DNA of 64,000 bases from a virus (IMGVR_UViG_2974569193_000001:44702-108701); one strand, 5' to 3'. Counted from the stretch's first letter, positions 53,066 to 60,826 are shown. Made by a program: numbers and translations. Notes: generated by a model not told the origin, from the sequence alone.

Positions 53066-54772
53066 TTACAGGCGCCAGCGGCGGCCGTGGAAAGTGACGA
53101 GCGCGCGCTTGCCGTTCGGGTACTGCACGCAATGGGTGTGCGCCCAGGACGAGGGGCCGGTGTTGTAGCCCATGTCCAGCTTCGAGGTCGTGCCGGTGTT
53201 GTAGGCGCTCTCGAAGATGCCCGGCGAGTGGGTGTGCCCGAACGTCACCTTGGGGCCGATCTTGGCGAACTGCTGGATGTTGCCACGCGAGCCATTGGCC
53301 CCGTTGTGACCGTGGTTCGAGTGCTCGACGCCCCCGATGACGCAGCTTTCGTCCTCGCGCAGGAAGCGCACGCCCTCACAGGCCCAGGGCGTGAAGGCGT
53401 TGCGCATCACCTCCTCGAAGATCGAGAAGCCGCGTTCGCCCGTCCGGATGGCGGCATAGACCGCCTGCTGGCACTTGAGGAAGAACTCGGCATTGACCGG
53501 GTCCTGGCGGTAGTCGGCGGTCTTCAGCCACTTGTTGAGGGCCAGATCATGGTTGCTCTCGACCACCGTGATCTCGGTATCGAAGCGGTCGCGCGCCAGG
53601 ATCGACAGGAACATCGCCACCTCGCGCAGTTCGTGCTCGACGCTTTCGGTCCCCTTGACGTACAGACGGAAGCGGTCATGCGGGTCGGCGATGTTGTGGT
53701 GGTTGCGCGCCCGGAAGTCGGAGACGTCGTGGACGAAGACGTGCTCGGGCCGCAGGACGTCGATCATCGACGGGGTCGCCACGCTGGCCCAGACCCGGCT
53801 CCCGTCCGACGACTTCTGCTCGGTCGGATAGAAGCCGAACGTCGCGGCCGAGACCTCGGGGTCGATCTGGGCGACATGGACGTCGCCGGGCGTGATGCAG
53901 GCCACGCGCTGGCCCTCGGTCACGACCCCATCCTTGACCAGGACGTCGAGGTCGTAGAACGAGCCATCGTGGACATCGCCCAGGAGGTGGCGACAGAAGA
54001 ACGCGCCATCCTCGTCGACCTCGACCAGGACCGCGCCCAGTTGGTGGTGGAAGCTGGCCTTGATGCCGGCCTTCTTGGGCACGTAGTTGGGCTTGGTGAC
54101 CGCGCCGGTCGTCATGACCTGCTTGGACGGGGTGTGCTTCATCGTCGGAACGCTGACGAGTTGCACCTTGGCGTGAGGGAAGATGCCCCAGCGCTCGCGC
54201 GTGTAGGAGTGGAAGCCCGACAGCGGGTTCTCGGCGGTCGGCAGGGTGTTCATCTCGCCGCAGAAGTCGACCCGGTCGGCGATCCGGATGCGCTCGTTCA
54301 CGAGGTACTGCATCACCCGCTTGTGGAAGAACGCCGCGTGCTTGGCGTGATCCTCGAACAGGCGCTTGGAGTAGGTGAAGCCGGCGATCATGATCTCGCA
54401 CGGGGCATCGCGCCGCAGGTGCTCGGCGTAGGCTTCCAGGTTGTCGACGAACTCCTCGTGGATGTGCGTGGAGTCCTGGGCCGACGACAGGATGAAGCGG
54501 CGCCGGCCGGTCTCGACGCTGACTTCGATCTCACGCGCTGCGGGAGCCGGGCGGTGCGACAACGGGTCCTTGCGCATCGCGTAGAGGCGGTTCTGGAGCG
54601 TGGTGCGCTTGACGCCGTACTTACGCGAGAACGCCCGCTGGCCGCCGGCCTTCTTGACCATCGCGTTGAGGTCCTCGGGCGACACCGAGTAGATGTCGAA
54701 CGGGCCGTCCGGCGGGAGATCGACCTTGGACTTCTTGCGCGCCTGGGACGCGTGTTCGAACTCAGCCGGCAT
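53066..54772 (-). CDS. T5 A1-like protein (HTH plus metallophosphoesterase-like)
   Basis: PHAKVQL, TTGAVT..NY..KAG.KA.FHH, GDVH, VESNHD, HGH, FGHTHSPG, SSWAH; family assignment from memory. Confidence 0.7.
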   Translation of the reverse strand: MPAEFEHASQARKKSKVDLPPDGPFDIYSVSPEDLNAMVKKAGGQRAFSRKYGVKRTTLQNRLYAMRKDPLSHRPAPAAREIEVSVETGRRRFILSSAQDSTHIHEEFVDNLEAYAEHLRRDAPCEIMIAGFTYSKRLFEDHAKHAAFFHKRVMQYLVNERIRIADRVDFCGEMNTLPTAENPLSGFHSYTRERWGIFPHAKVQLVSVPTMKHTPSKQVMTTGAVTKPNYVPKKAGIKASFHHQLGAVLVEVDEDGAFFCRHLLGDVHDGSFYDLDVLVKDGVVTEGQRVACITPGDVHVAQIDPEVSAATFGFYPTEQKSSDGSRVWASVATPSMIDVLRPEHVFVHDVSDFRARNHHNIADPHDRFRLYVKGTESVEHELREVAMFLSILARDRFDTEITVVESNHDLALNKWLKTADYRQDPVNAEFFLKCQQAVYAAIRTGERGFSIFEEVMRNAFTPWACEGVRFLREDESCVIGGVEHSNHGHNGANGSRGNIQQFAKIGPKVTFGHTHSPGIFESAYNTGTTSKLDMGYNTGPSSWAHTHCVQYPNGKRALVTFHGRRWRL

Positions 54773-55463
54773 AGAGAAGCTCCGGTTTGGCGCTGACGGG
54801 CTTGGACCAGTCCCAGACGAACCACGCGTAAGCGAAGCGCGGCGCGCCCTTGGTCCCCTCGATCCAGCGGGGGCGATGGCGAAGAGTGACCTTCGCGGCG
54901 AAAGCAGGGTGATCGAAGAGGTCCGAGCGCGAGCGCGCGGCGTCCCATTCGTGGCGGCAGAGGAAGGCGACGAAGCCCTTGTCGGCTTCCATCAGCTTGA
55001 GGGCGTGGCGGGCGGCGCGCTCGGCGTCCTTGCCGTAGGGCGGGTTGGAGATGATGGCGTCCGGGCGCGCCGGCAGCGGAGTGACCTTGCGCTCCTTGCC
55101 CTCGTCATCGATCACCGTCTCGGGGCGGGCCTTCAGCGCGCCCAGGCGATCGAGATCGTCCGGGGTCAGCTTGAAGAAGTCCTCGACCGCGTCGACGTCG
55201 AAGCCCTCGTAGCGATGGATGTCTGTGGAAAGGACCTCCTGCACGTAGGGCCGCAGCGGGTTGGCAATCGCGCCGTTGCCGGCGAAGGGCTCCCAGGCGA
55301 AGAAGCCGGCGAACTCGTCGCCCATGGCCTCAATCAGCGCGTCGAACGCGGGACGAGGCGTCGGATAGAAATCCAAGGGGTTCCTGGCATAGCCCGAGGC
55401 GCCCAGCATGGAGGGGTCTTTGCGACCGGCATCGGAGAGAGACATGGCCTGGAGGGATGTCAT
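54762..55463 (-). CDS. SAM-dependent amino-DNA methyltransferase (m6A/m4C type, putative)
   Basis: DFYPTP, WEPFAGNGAI, IISNPPY. Confidence 0.8.
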   Translation of the reverse strand: MTSLQAMSLSDAGRKDPSMLGASGYARNPLDFYPTPRPAFDALIEAMGDEFAGFFAWEPFAGNGAIANPLRPYVQEVLSTDIHRYEGFDVDAVEDFFKLTPDDLDRLGALKARPETVIDDEGKERKVTPLPARPDAIISNPPYGKDAERAARHALKLMEADKGFVAFLCRHEWDAARSRSDLFDHPAFAAKVTLRHRPRWIEGTKGAPRFAYAWFVWDWSKPVSAKPELLYAG

Positions 55464-55477
55464 GGTTAACGAAGGGT

Positions 55478-55522
55478 GTCAAGATTCACGACATTGACTG
55501 TCGTGACGCACCACGCTAGATA
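55478..55522. promoter_or_regulatory. divergent promoters: minus-strand motif (55478-92) and plus-strand TTGACT-N17-TAGATA
   Basis: Exact GTCAAGATTCACGAC; plus-strand -35 at 55494-99 and -10 at 55517-22. Confidence 0.65.
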
Positions 55523-55528
55523 CCCTCG

Positions 55529-55790
55529 ACGAGGCGGTCTCCTGCTCCTAGCGCGTGCCCTCCAGCCTTTCCGAAGGCAATGCGCCGGATCGCTGAGCGT
55601 GGGAATCCAGAGCGAGGCAGCGCTCTGCTCCCCAAAGAGTGGGCCAAGCGGTGCGGGCGGAAAGGCTCAGGGTCCGTGGCTCCATCCAATGCGCAGGAGA
55701 GGCCGTGCTCCTTCTGACGCAGCGGGCGCCCGACGTTGCGGGTTGTGAGGCGGGACTGGCCGAGATGATCAACGGTCCGGGGCGGGAGGG
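55529..55790 (+). ncRNA. candidate structured RNA
   Basis: Closing stem TCTCCTGC(55538-45)/GCAGGAGA(55693-700); hairpins GCCTT-TCCG-AAGGC and AGAGCG/CGCTCT; promoter upstream. Confidence 0.45.
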
Positions 55791-55792
55791 GC

Positions 55793-55821
55793 TTGACCTC
55801 TCCCGCGTCCGCCTCTAGCGT
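55793..55821 (+). promoter_or_regulatory. putative promoter
   Basis: TTGACC-N17-TAGCGT. Confidence 0.6.
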
Positions 55822-55827
55822 AGCCAG

Positions 55828-56180
55828 ACATTTAGGCGCAGCACTGCCCTAAGGATGCGGGTCAAGTTCGGGCCGGTCTAGGGCTTGGAAGTCTACCCTT
55901 GGAGCAGGACTGCCTCTGCGACTTGGACGGCCTGGGCGACGCACCCGACCCATGAGGCGAACGCCGGCCAAGACATGGCACTAGGCGTGACGGGGACCAG
56001 AGGTCCCGCCCATTCGCCGCGCCGGCGGCAGCAAAGCTCATTGAGCGGATGGTGGCACGGGCGCGAGCCCGATTTTGAGAGCCAGCGGAGAGCCACCTTC
56101 CTCCCTGGCCCGGCGACGACGAAAGCTGGGTGGCTGTAACCGCTCGTCTGAGGGATGCGTCCCCAAGATCATCAAGACGC
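55828..56180 (+). ncRNA. candidate large structured RNA (~350 nt)
   Basis: Bounded by a promoter and a terminator; GGGAC/GTCCC, GGGC-GCGA-GCCC, GGATGGTGGC/GCCACCTTCC, GGGA-TGCG-TCCC; no credible ORF. Confidence 0.55.
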
Positions 56181-56181
56181 A

Positions 56182-56211
56182 AAAGGCCCCGATCTCGCGA
56201 TCGGGGCCTTT
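56182..56211. terminator. bidirectional intrinsic terminator
   Basis: AAAGGCCCCGAT-CTCGCG-ATCGGGGCCTTT between convergent RNA genes. Confidence 0.8.
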
Positions 56212-56218
56212 CAAAATC

Positions 56219-56307
56219 TGGAGCTACGGGAGGGACTCGAACCCTCATAGGTGTCGCCACCAGCAGAGCTTTGCAGGCCCGCGCCTAACCTCTCGGACCA
56301 CCGTAGC
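56219..56307 (-). tRNA. tRNA-Cys(GCA) with long variable arm
   Basis: Reverse complement: GCTACGG..CTGCAAA..GGTG-GCGA-CACC..GAGGG-TTCGAGT-CCCTC-CCGTAGC-T-CCA. Confidence 0.85.
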
Positions 56308-56309
56308 AA

Positions 56310-56488
56310 AATCAGGACTGGCGCCCGAAGGCCCAGCCCCGATCCCGACGATCCAAGGGAGGGCCATAGCTGTCCCAAGGAGCACCGTGACGGCGTGGCA
56401 GGCGACTGAAGCCGTCAAGTCGAAGGGCTTCCGGCGCCGGTCACCCTAACCTCCGGGCTCTTTCGAGCGCGAGTGAGGTCCTCCTACG
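56310..56488 (-). ncRNA. candidate structured RNA co-transcribed ahead of tRNA-Cys
   Basis: Minus-strand promoter TTGCGG-N17-TATAAG (56523-56495); GCTC-GAAA-GAGC and GCC-TTCG-GGC tetraloops read correctly only on the minus strand. Confidence 0.45.
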
Positions 56489-56555
56489 CCGATCCTTATA
56501 GCGGAGCCTTCACGTGTCCGCAACGAAAAATGTGTCGTGAGCGACGACTTTTCTC

Positions 56556-56584
56556 TTGACAGTCCCGATTGGGCTCTGGTAGAG
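56556..56584 (+). promoter_or_regulatory. putative tmRNA promoter
   Basis: TTGACA-N17-GTAGAG. Confidence 0.55.
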
Positions 56585-56589
56585 AACAG

Positions 56590-56950
56590 GCATCGTTGTA
56601 ATTCGGACAACGGAAACGGCGGCAAGACAGGGGTGCGATTCCCCTCGCCTCCACCATGAGCCCCTGGCGCTGGGAGTACGCGACTCCTGGGCGGGGAGCG
56701 TTACCCCGACGGGATGCGTCCCGAGCAAAGGTGTAGCCAGGGTCTCATGATGGGGGCGATCAGTTTCGATTGGCGCATGTGACTGGAAGACGCAACGGTG
56801 GGTGACCTCCAGGCCAGCTTGCTGGTGATCGGGTCAGTGCAACAGAAATGTCGCATCGAACGACAACGACGTCGTGGCTTACGCCTCGGCTCGTGAAGCC
56901 ATCGCCGCCTAATAAGCGGTAGAGGCGTGTCCCGGCGGACGCGCGTGTCA
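56590..56950 (+). ncRNA. ssrA: circularly permuted (two-piece) tmRNA; outer ends approximate
   Basis: Acceptor piece ends ..CGCCTCC-ACCA (56656). Coding piece begins GGGGGCG (56752) and forms a 7-bp stem with G3-U70. Tag frame 56853-56915 reads ASNDNDVVAYASAREAIAA**. Confidence 0.9.
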
Positions 56951-57074
56951 CAAAAAGGCCCTGCATCTACGGACCGGGGCCAGTCCGCCTCCCACCTTTC
57001 GCAGGTGGGATCGTCATCATCGCGTGTCTGTCGGAAACTTCACGTAACCATTGACGATCCCATCTCCGTAAGGT

Positions 57075-57117
57075 GGTCCCATTCTGGAGCGTGGTGTGAT
57101 ATCCACGGGGACCACCA
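57075..57117 (+). ncRNA. tRNA-minihelix-like element ending in ACCA
   Basis: GGTCCC/GGGACC plus CGTGG-TGTGATAT-CCACG arm; no D or anticodon arm. Confidence 0.4.
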
Positions 57118-57123
57118 CACAAA

Positions 57124-57202
57124 CGCGGGGTAGAGGAGTCCGGTTGTCCTCGTCTGGCTCATAACCAGGAGATCGGGGGTTCAAATCCCCCTCCCGCTCC
57201 CA
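57124..57202 (+). tRNA. initiator-type tRNA-Met(CAT)
   Basis: Loop CTCATAA; 1:72 mismatch; A11-U24; CCA. Confidence 0.88.
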
Positions 57203-57330
57203 ATGCGAACGCCGGCTATTGAGAACGAAGGCGTGACAGGCTCGGAGAGAACGAGCACTGCAATCCGGGCTATGAGGCCGTGATGTAGCGGACGTCGGCG
57301 AGATCAGACGTGACACCTGGAGAGACGGGA

Positions 57331-57442
57331 CCAGTTTTCCAGGCCGCATGCTCGGCGCGCCGCGATCCGCCCTAGGGTCAAGCGTCAGGGGATGAGGCTA
57401 GTCTCCGGCTTCCGAGCTAGGGCATGCGGCTTGGAAAGCTGG
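57331..57442 (+). ncRNA. candidate long-hairpin RNA
   Basis: 21-bp stem CCAGTTTTCCAGGCCGCATGC/GCATGCGGCTTGGAAAGCTGG (two G-U pairs); contains TAGGGTCAAGCGTC. Confidence 0.55.
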
Positions 57443-57445
57443 TTT

Positions 57446-57532
57446 GGTACGGTGGCTCGACAGGTAAGGCATCGGCCTCATAAGCCGAGGGACTAGCTCC
57501 CGATCCTGGTTCAAATCCAGGTCGTACCTCCA
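57446..57532 (+). tRNA. tRNA(CAT) (Met or Ile2) with long variable arm
   Basis: TCGGC-CTCATAA-GCCGA; V arm GGGA..TCCC; acceptor GGTACGG/TCGTACC; TCCA. Confidence 0.85.
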
Positions 57533-57540
57533 AAAATCAG

Positions 57541-57571
57541 ACGGCCGCCGGGGCGATCCGGCGGCCGTTTT
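57541..57571 (+). terminator. intrinsic terminator
   Basis: ACGGCCGCCGG-GGCGAT-CCGGCGGCCGT+TTT. Confidence 0.8.
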
Positions 57572-57574
57572 GCT

Positions 57575-57589
57575 GTCGTGAATCTTGAC
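57575..57589 (+). promoter_or_regulatory. GTCGTGAATCTTGAC promoter element
   Basis: Exact motif, upstream of the cadherin-repeat gene. Confidence 0.7.
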
Positions 57590-57611
57590 ACTCCGGGTTG
57601 AGCTAGGCATT

Positions 57612-60332
57612 ATGCCGCTTGACTTTCAGGAGATTTGTGTCGTGGCTCGATCCACTCGTTCCGTCGCGTTGGCGCGCGTCGTCACGCCCGCGCAACTGAA
57701 GCGCGATATCCGTATTCGTCGCGCGGACGAACTGGCTGGGCCGAGCGGCCCCAATGGCGTGGTCCTGATCGGGATCACCAACGACCGCGTCATGGAAAAC
57801 AGCGCGCCGGGCACGCCCGTGGGCGACATCTACACGATCCCGGCCGGCGCCGACATCGAACTCGTCACCACCGGCGGCAATCGCTTCGATCTCGTCGGCT
57901 CGACCCTGGTGGTGGGCACGACGCCCCTCGACCACGAGGCCACGCCCGTCGTCAACGTCCTGGTGCATGCCGAGTACGCGGGATCGACCCTGGAAACCAA
58001 CCTGCCGATCACCATCCTCAACGAGACCGAGGTGATCGGCGTCACGCTGTCGGCCAACACCGTCCTGGAAAACTCGGCGGCCGGCGTGACGATCGGGACC
58101 TTGACCCCCAACCCGGCGGACGCGACGCTCCAGGTCGTCGGCCCCTACGCCGGCTATTTCACGGTCGCGGCCGGCAACATCCTGAAGACCGGGGCGACGC
58201 CGACCGACTACGAGACCGCACCCAACCTGACCGATCACTCCTACCCGGTGACGATCGCCGCCACCCGCCAGGGCGAGACGGCCAATTTCACCATCCCGGT
58301 CTTCGTCCTCAACCAAGTCGAGATCACCAACATCACCCTCTCGGCCAATCACATCGCCGAGGGCTCGGGTAGCGGCACGGTGGTGGGCGGCCTGACTTCC
58401 ACGCCGTCGGGCGCGACCTTCTCGCTGGTCGACAACGCCGGCTCGCGCTTCGCCCTGGCCGGCAACAACGTCGTCGCCGGCAGCGTCGCCACCAACTACG
58501 ACACCGCTACCCAGCACGACATCACCGTGCGCGGCACGATCGGCAACGAGAGCCTCAACAAGACCTTTACGATCCTGGTCGACAACGTCAACTCGATCAG
58601 CGACATCACCTTGACGGGCGCGTCGGTCAACGAGAACACTGCCGCTGGCGTTACCGTCGGGACCTTCGCCACTGTCCCGCCCGGCCTGCCGCTGACCCTG
58701 TCCGACACGGCTGGAAACCGCTTCGCCCTGGTTGGAAACACGCTCCAGACGGGCGCGGTCGCGACCAACTACGAGGTCGCCCAGACCCACCAGATCACGG
58801 CCCAGGCGACGTTCGGCAGCGACACCCTGTCGAAGAACTTCACGATCACCGTGGTCGACGTCGACGAGATCAGCGACATCACGCTCTCGGCCAACACGGT
58901 GACCGAGAATACGGCCGCCGGCGTCACCGTCGGCGCCCTGACCTCGACGCCGTCGGGCGCGACCTTCTCGATCGTTTCCCAGACGCCGGCTGGAACCTAT
59001 TTCGCTGTCAACGGGACTAACCTCCAGACGGGGGCGACGCCGACCAACTACGAGGCCAATACCAGCCATTCGGTCACGATCCGGGGCACGCGTCAGAGCG
59101 AGACCTTCGACAAGACGTTCACGATCAACGTGTCCGACGTCGACGAGATCAACAACATCACCCTGTCGGCCACGTCCTTGAACGAGAACTCGCCGCAGGG
59201 CACCACCGTTGGTACACTGACGGCCGCGCCGATTGACACCGGGGTGACCTACTCGATCGTCTCCCAGACGCCGGCTGGCAACTATCTCCAGATCAGCAGC
59301 AACACCCTCCAGGCCGGATCGACCGCGACCAACTACGAGGCCAACACCAGCCACTCGGTCACGATCCGGGGCACGCGCCTGAGCGAGACCTTCGACAAGA
59401 CGTTCACGATCACCATCAACGATCTGGTCGAACTGAGCACCATCAGCCTGTCGGGCTCGTCGATCGACGAGAACTCGGGACCGGGCACGGGGGTGGGCAC
59501 GCTCTCGTCGTCGCCGGCCGGCGCGAGCTTCAGTCTGACGGACAACGCCGGCGGGCGGTTCGCCTTGACCGGTGGCGTGAACATCGTCGCAGGCTCCGTG
59601 GGCACGGATTATGAGGCCGCCCAGTCGCACCAAATCACCGTCCAAGGTACGCGCCTGGGCGAGACCAAGAGCCAGAGCTTCACCATCACCGTCAACGACG
59701 TGAACGAAGCTCCGCCGGCGCCTGATCTGGACAGCTTCAGCCTGTCGGGCAACTCGCTACAAGAGAACTCGGCGCCGGGCACGCCAATCGGGACCTTCTC
59801 GTCTTCGCCGTCGGGGGCGAGCTATACGCTGACCGACAGCGCGGGCGGCCGGGTATCGCTGGCGGGCGCCAACCTCTCGGCGGGCTCGACCAACACCGAC
59901 TACGAGACCACGCCTTCGTTCTCGATCGGCGTCACCGCGACGCGCGGCGCGACCTCGATCCCGCAGAACTTCACGATCAACGTGGGCGACGTCTCGGAAG
60001 GCGGCGGCGGCGGAAGCCAGACCCTTTCCGTCTCGAAAAACGCCGGTAATCTGACCGGCTCGGCCGTTGGGGGTACGACCCCGCCCACTACCACCCAGAC
60101 CATCACCGCGACTGCCTCGGGCGGTACCGCTCCGTATAGCTATCAATGGGAATATGTGAGTGGCGATACGGGTTGCCTGCTCGCCAACGTTTCTGACCGT
60201 GAAGCCTACTGGTACCTCGCCAATGGTGATCGGCCGTCCAACCGCACGGCGATCTGGCGGTGTAAGGCCACCGACGCGATCGGGAACTACGGCTACACGT
60301 CGAACTCCCAGATCACGCTTACCTGGAGCTAA
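57612..60332 (+). CDS. cadherin-like repeat protein (8 repeats of ~95 aa plus C-terminal Ig-like domain); start uncertain
   Basis: Repeated LSxxxvxENxxxGxxVG..F.L..N.L......DYE....ITV......KTFTI.V.DV.E. Confidence 0.85.
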   Translation: MPLDFQEICVVARSTRSVALARVVTPAQLKRDIRIRRADELAGPSGPNGVVLIGITNDRVMENSAPGTPVGDIYTIPAGADIELVTTGGNRFDLVGSTLVVGTTPLDHEATPVVNVLVHAEYAGSTLETNLPITILNETEVIGVTLSANTVLENSAAGVTIGTLTPNPADATLQVVGPYAGYFTVAAGNILKTGATPTDYETAPNLTDHSYPVTIAATRQGETANFTIPVFVLNQVEITNITLSANHIAEGSGSGTVVGGLTSTPSGATFSLVDNAGSRFALAGNNVVAGSVATNYDTATQHDITVRGTIGNESLNKTFTILVDNVNSISDITLTGASVNENTAAGVTVGTFATVPPGLPLTLSDTAGNRFALVGNTLQTGAVATNYEVAQTHQITAQATFGSDTLSKNFTITVVDVDEISDITLSANTVTENTAAGVTVGALTSTPSGATFSIVSQTPAGTYFAVNGTNLQTGATPTNYEANTSHSVTIRGTRQSETFDKTFTINVSDVDEINNITLSATSLNENSPQGTTVGTLTAAPIDTGVTYSIVSQTPAGNYLQISSNTLQAGSTATNYEANTSHSVTIRGTRLSETFDKTFTITINDLVELSTISLSGSSIDENSGPGTGVGTLSSSPAGASFSLTDNAGGRFALTGGVNIVAGSVGTDYEAAQSHQITVQGTRLGETKSQSFTITVNDVNEAPPAPDLDSFSLSGNSLQENSAPGTPIGTFSSSPSGASYTLTDSAGGRVSLAGANLSAGSTNTDYETTPSFSIGVTATRGATSIPQNFTINVGDVSEGGGGGSQTLSVSKNAGNLTGSAVGGTTPPTTTQTITATASGGTAPYSYQWEYVSGDTGCLLANVSDREAYWYLANGDRPSNRTAIWRCKATDAIGNYGYTSNSQITLTWS

Positions 60333-60442
60333 AGTCGACCGCCCAGCAGGTTCCAGACACTTTCGATGTGCTTGACCACCGCGTCTGATCTGCTACCCTG
60401 ATCTCGGTAGGGTCCGCGTCCTTCCAGACAGCACTCAAAACC

Positions 60443-60474
60443 AAGCCGCCGAAGCCCTGCTTCGGCGGCTTTTC
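60443..60474. terminator. intrinsic terminator between convergent genes
   Basis: AAGCCGCCGAAGC-CCT-GCTTCGGCGGCTT+TT. Confidence 0.75.
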
Positions 60475-60826
60475 AGTTCTCGACGATCCGCAGTTTCCGG
60501 GCCGCGTCGGCGCGCTCCATCGCGGCGTATCGCGACACATCCTGGAGGTGGGCCTTGGCGATGAGGTCGGGCGCACCAACGGGCCGGAAGGGCACGGCTG
60601 GCGAGAGTTCGACATAGCGCCGCAGCAGCGGCTCGAACTCCAGGTCGCGGGCCTTGGCCAACCGCGACAGGGCGCCGGCGACGATGGCGACGACCAGGAC
60701 GGTGGCCGGCGTCTCCTTGGTCAGGTTCCAGACGCCGGGCAAGCTCTGACCCGGATGGAGGGGCTGACGCGCCACGTCGTCTGCGGCGGCGCGAAAGATG
60801 TTCTCGTAGGGGACGCCATCATTCAT
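60473..60826 (-). CDS. hypothetical protein
   Basis: MNDGVPYENI start within listed ORF 60473-60853. Confidence 0.6.
   Translation of the reverse strand: MNDGVPYENIFRAAADDVARQPLHPGQSLPGVWNLTKETPATVLVVAIVAGALSRLAKARDLEFEPLLRRYVELSPAVPFRPVGAPDLIAKAHLQDVSRYAAMERADAARKLRIVEN

Noticed and set aside
55500-57450. RNase P RNA, SRP RNA, hammerhead or group I/II intron in the RNA island
   Set aside because: Diagnostic motifs (GGAAAGTCC, GGAAGGAAGCAG, CTGATGA..GAAA, domain V) were not found.
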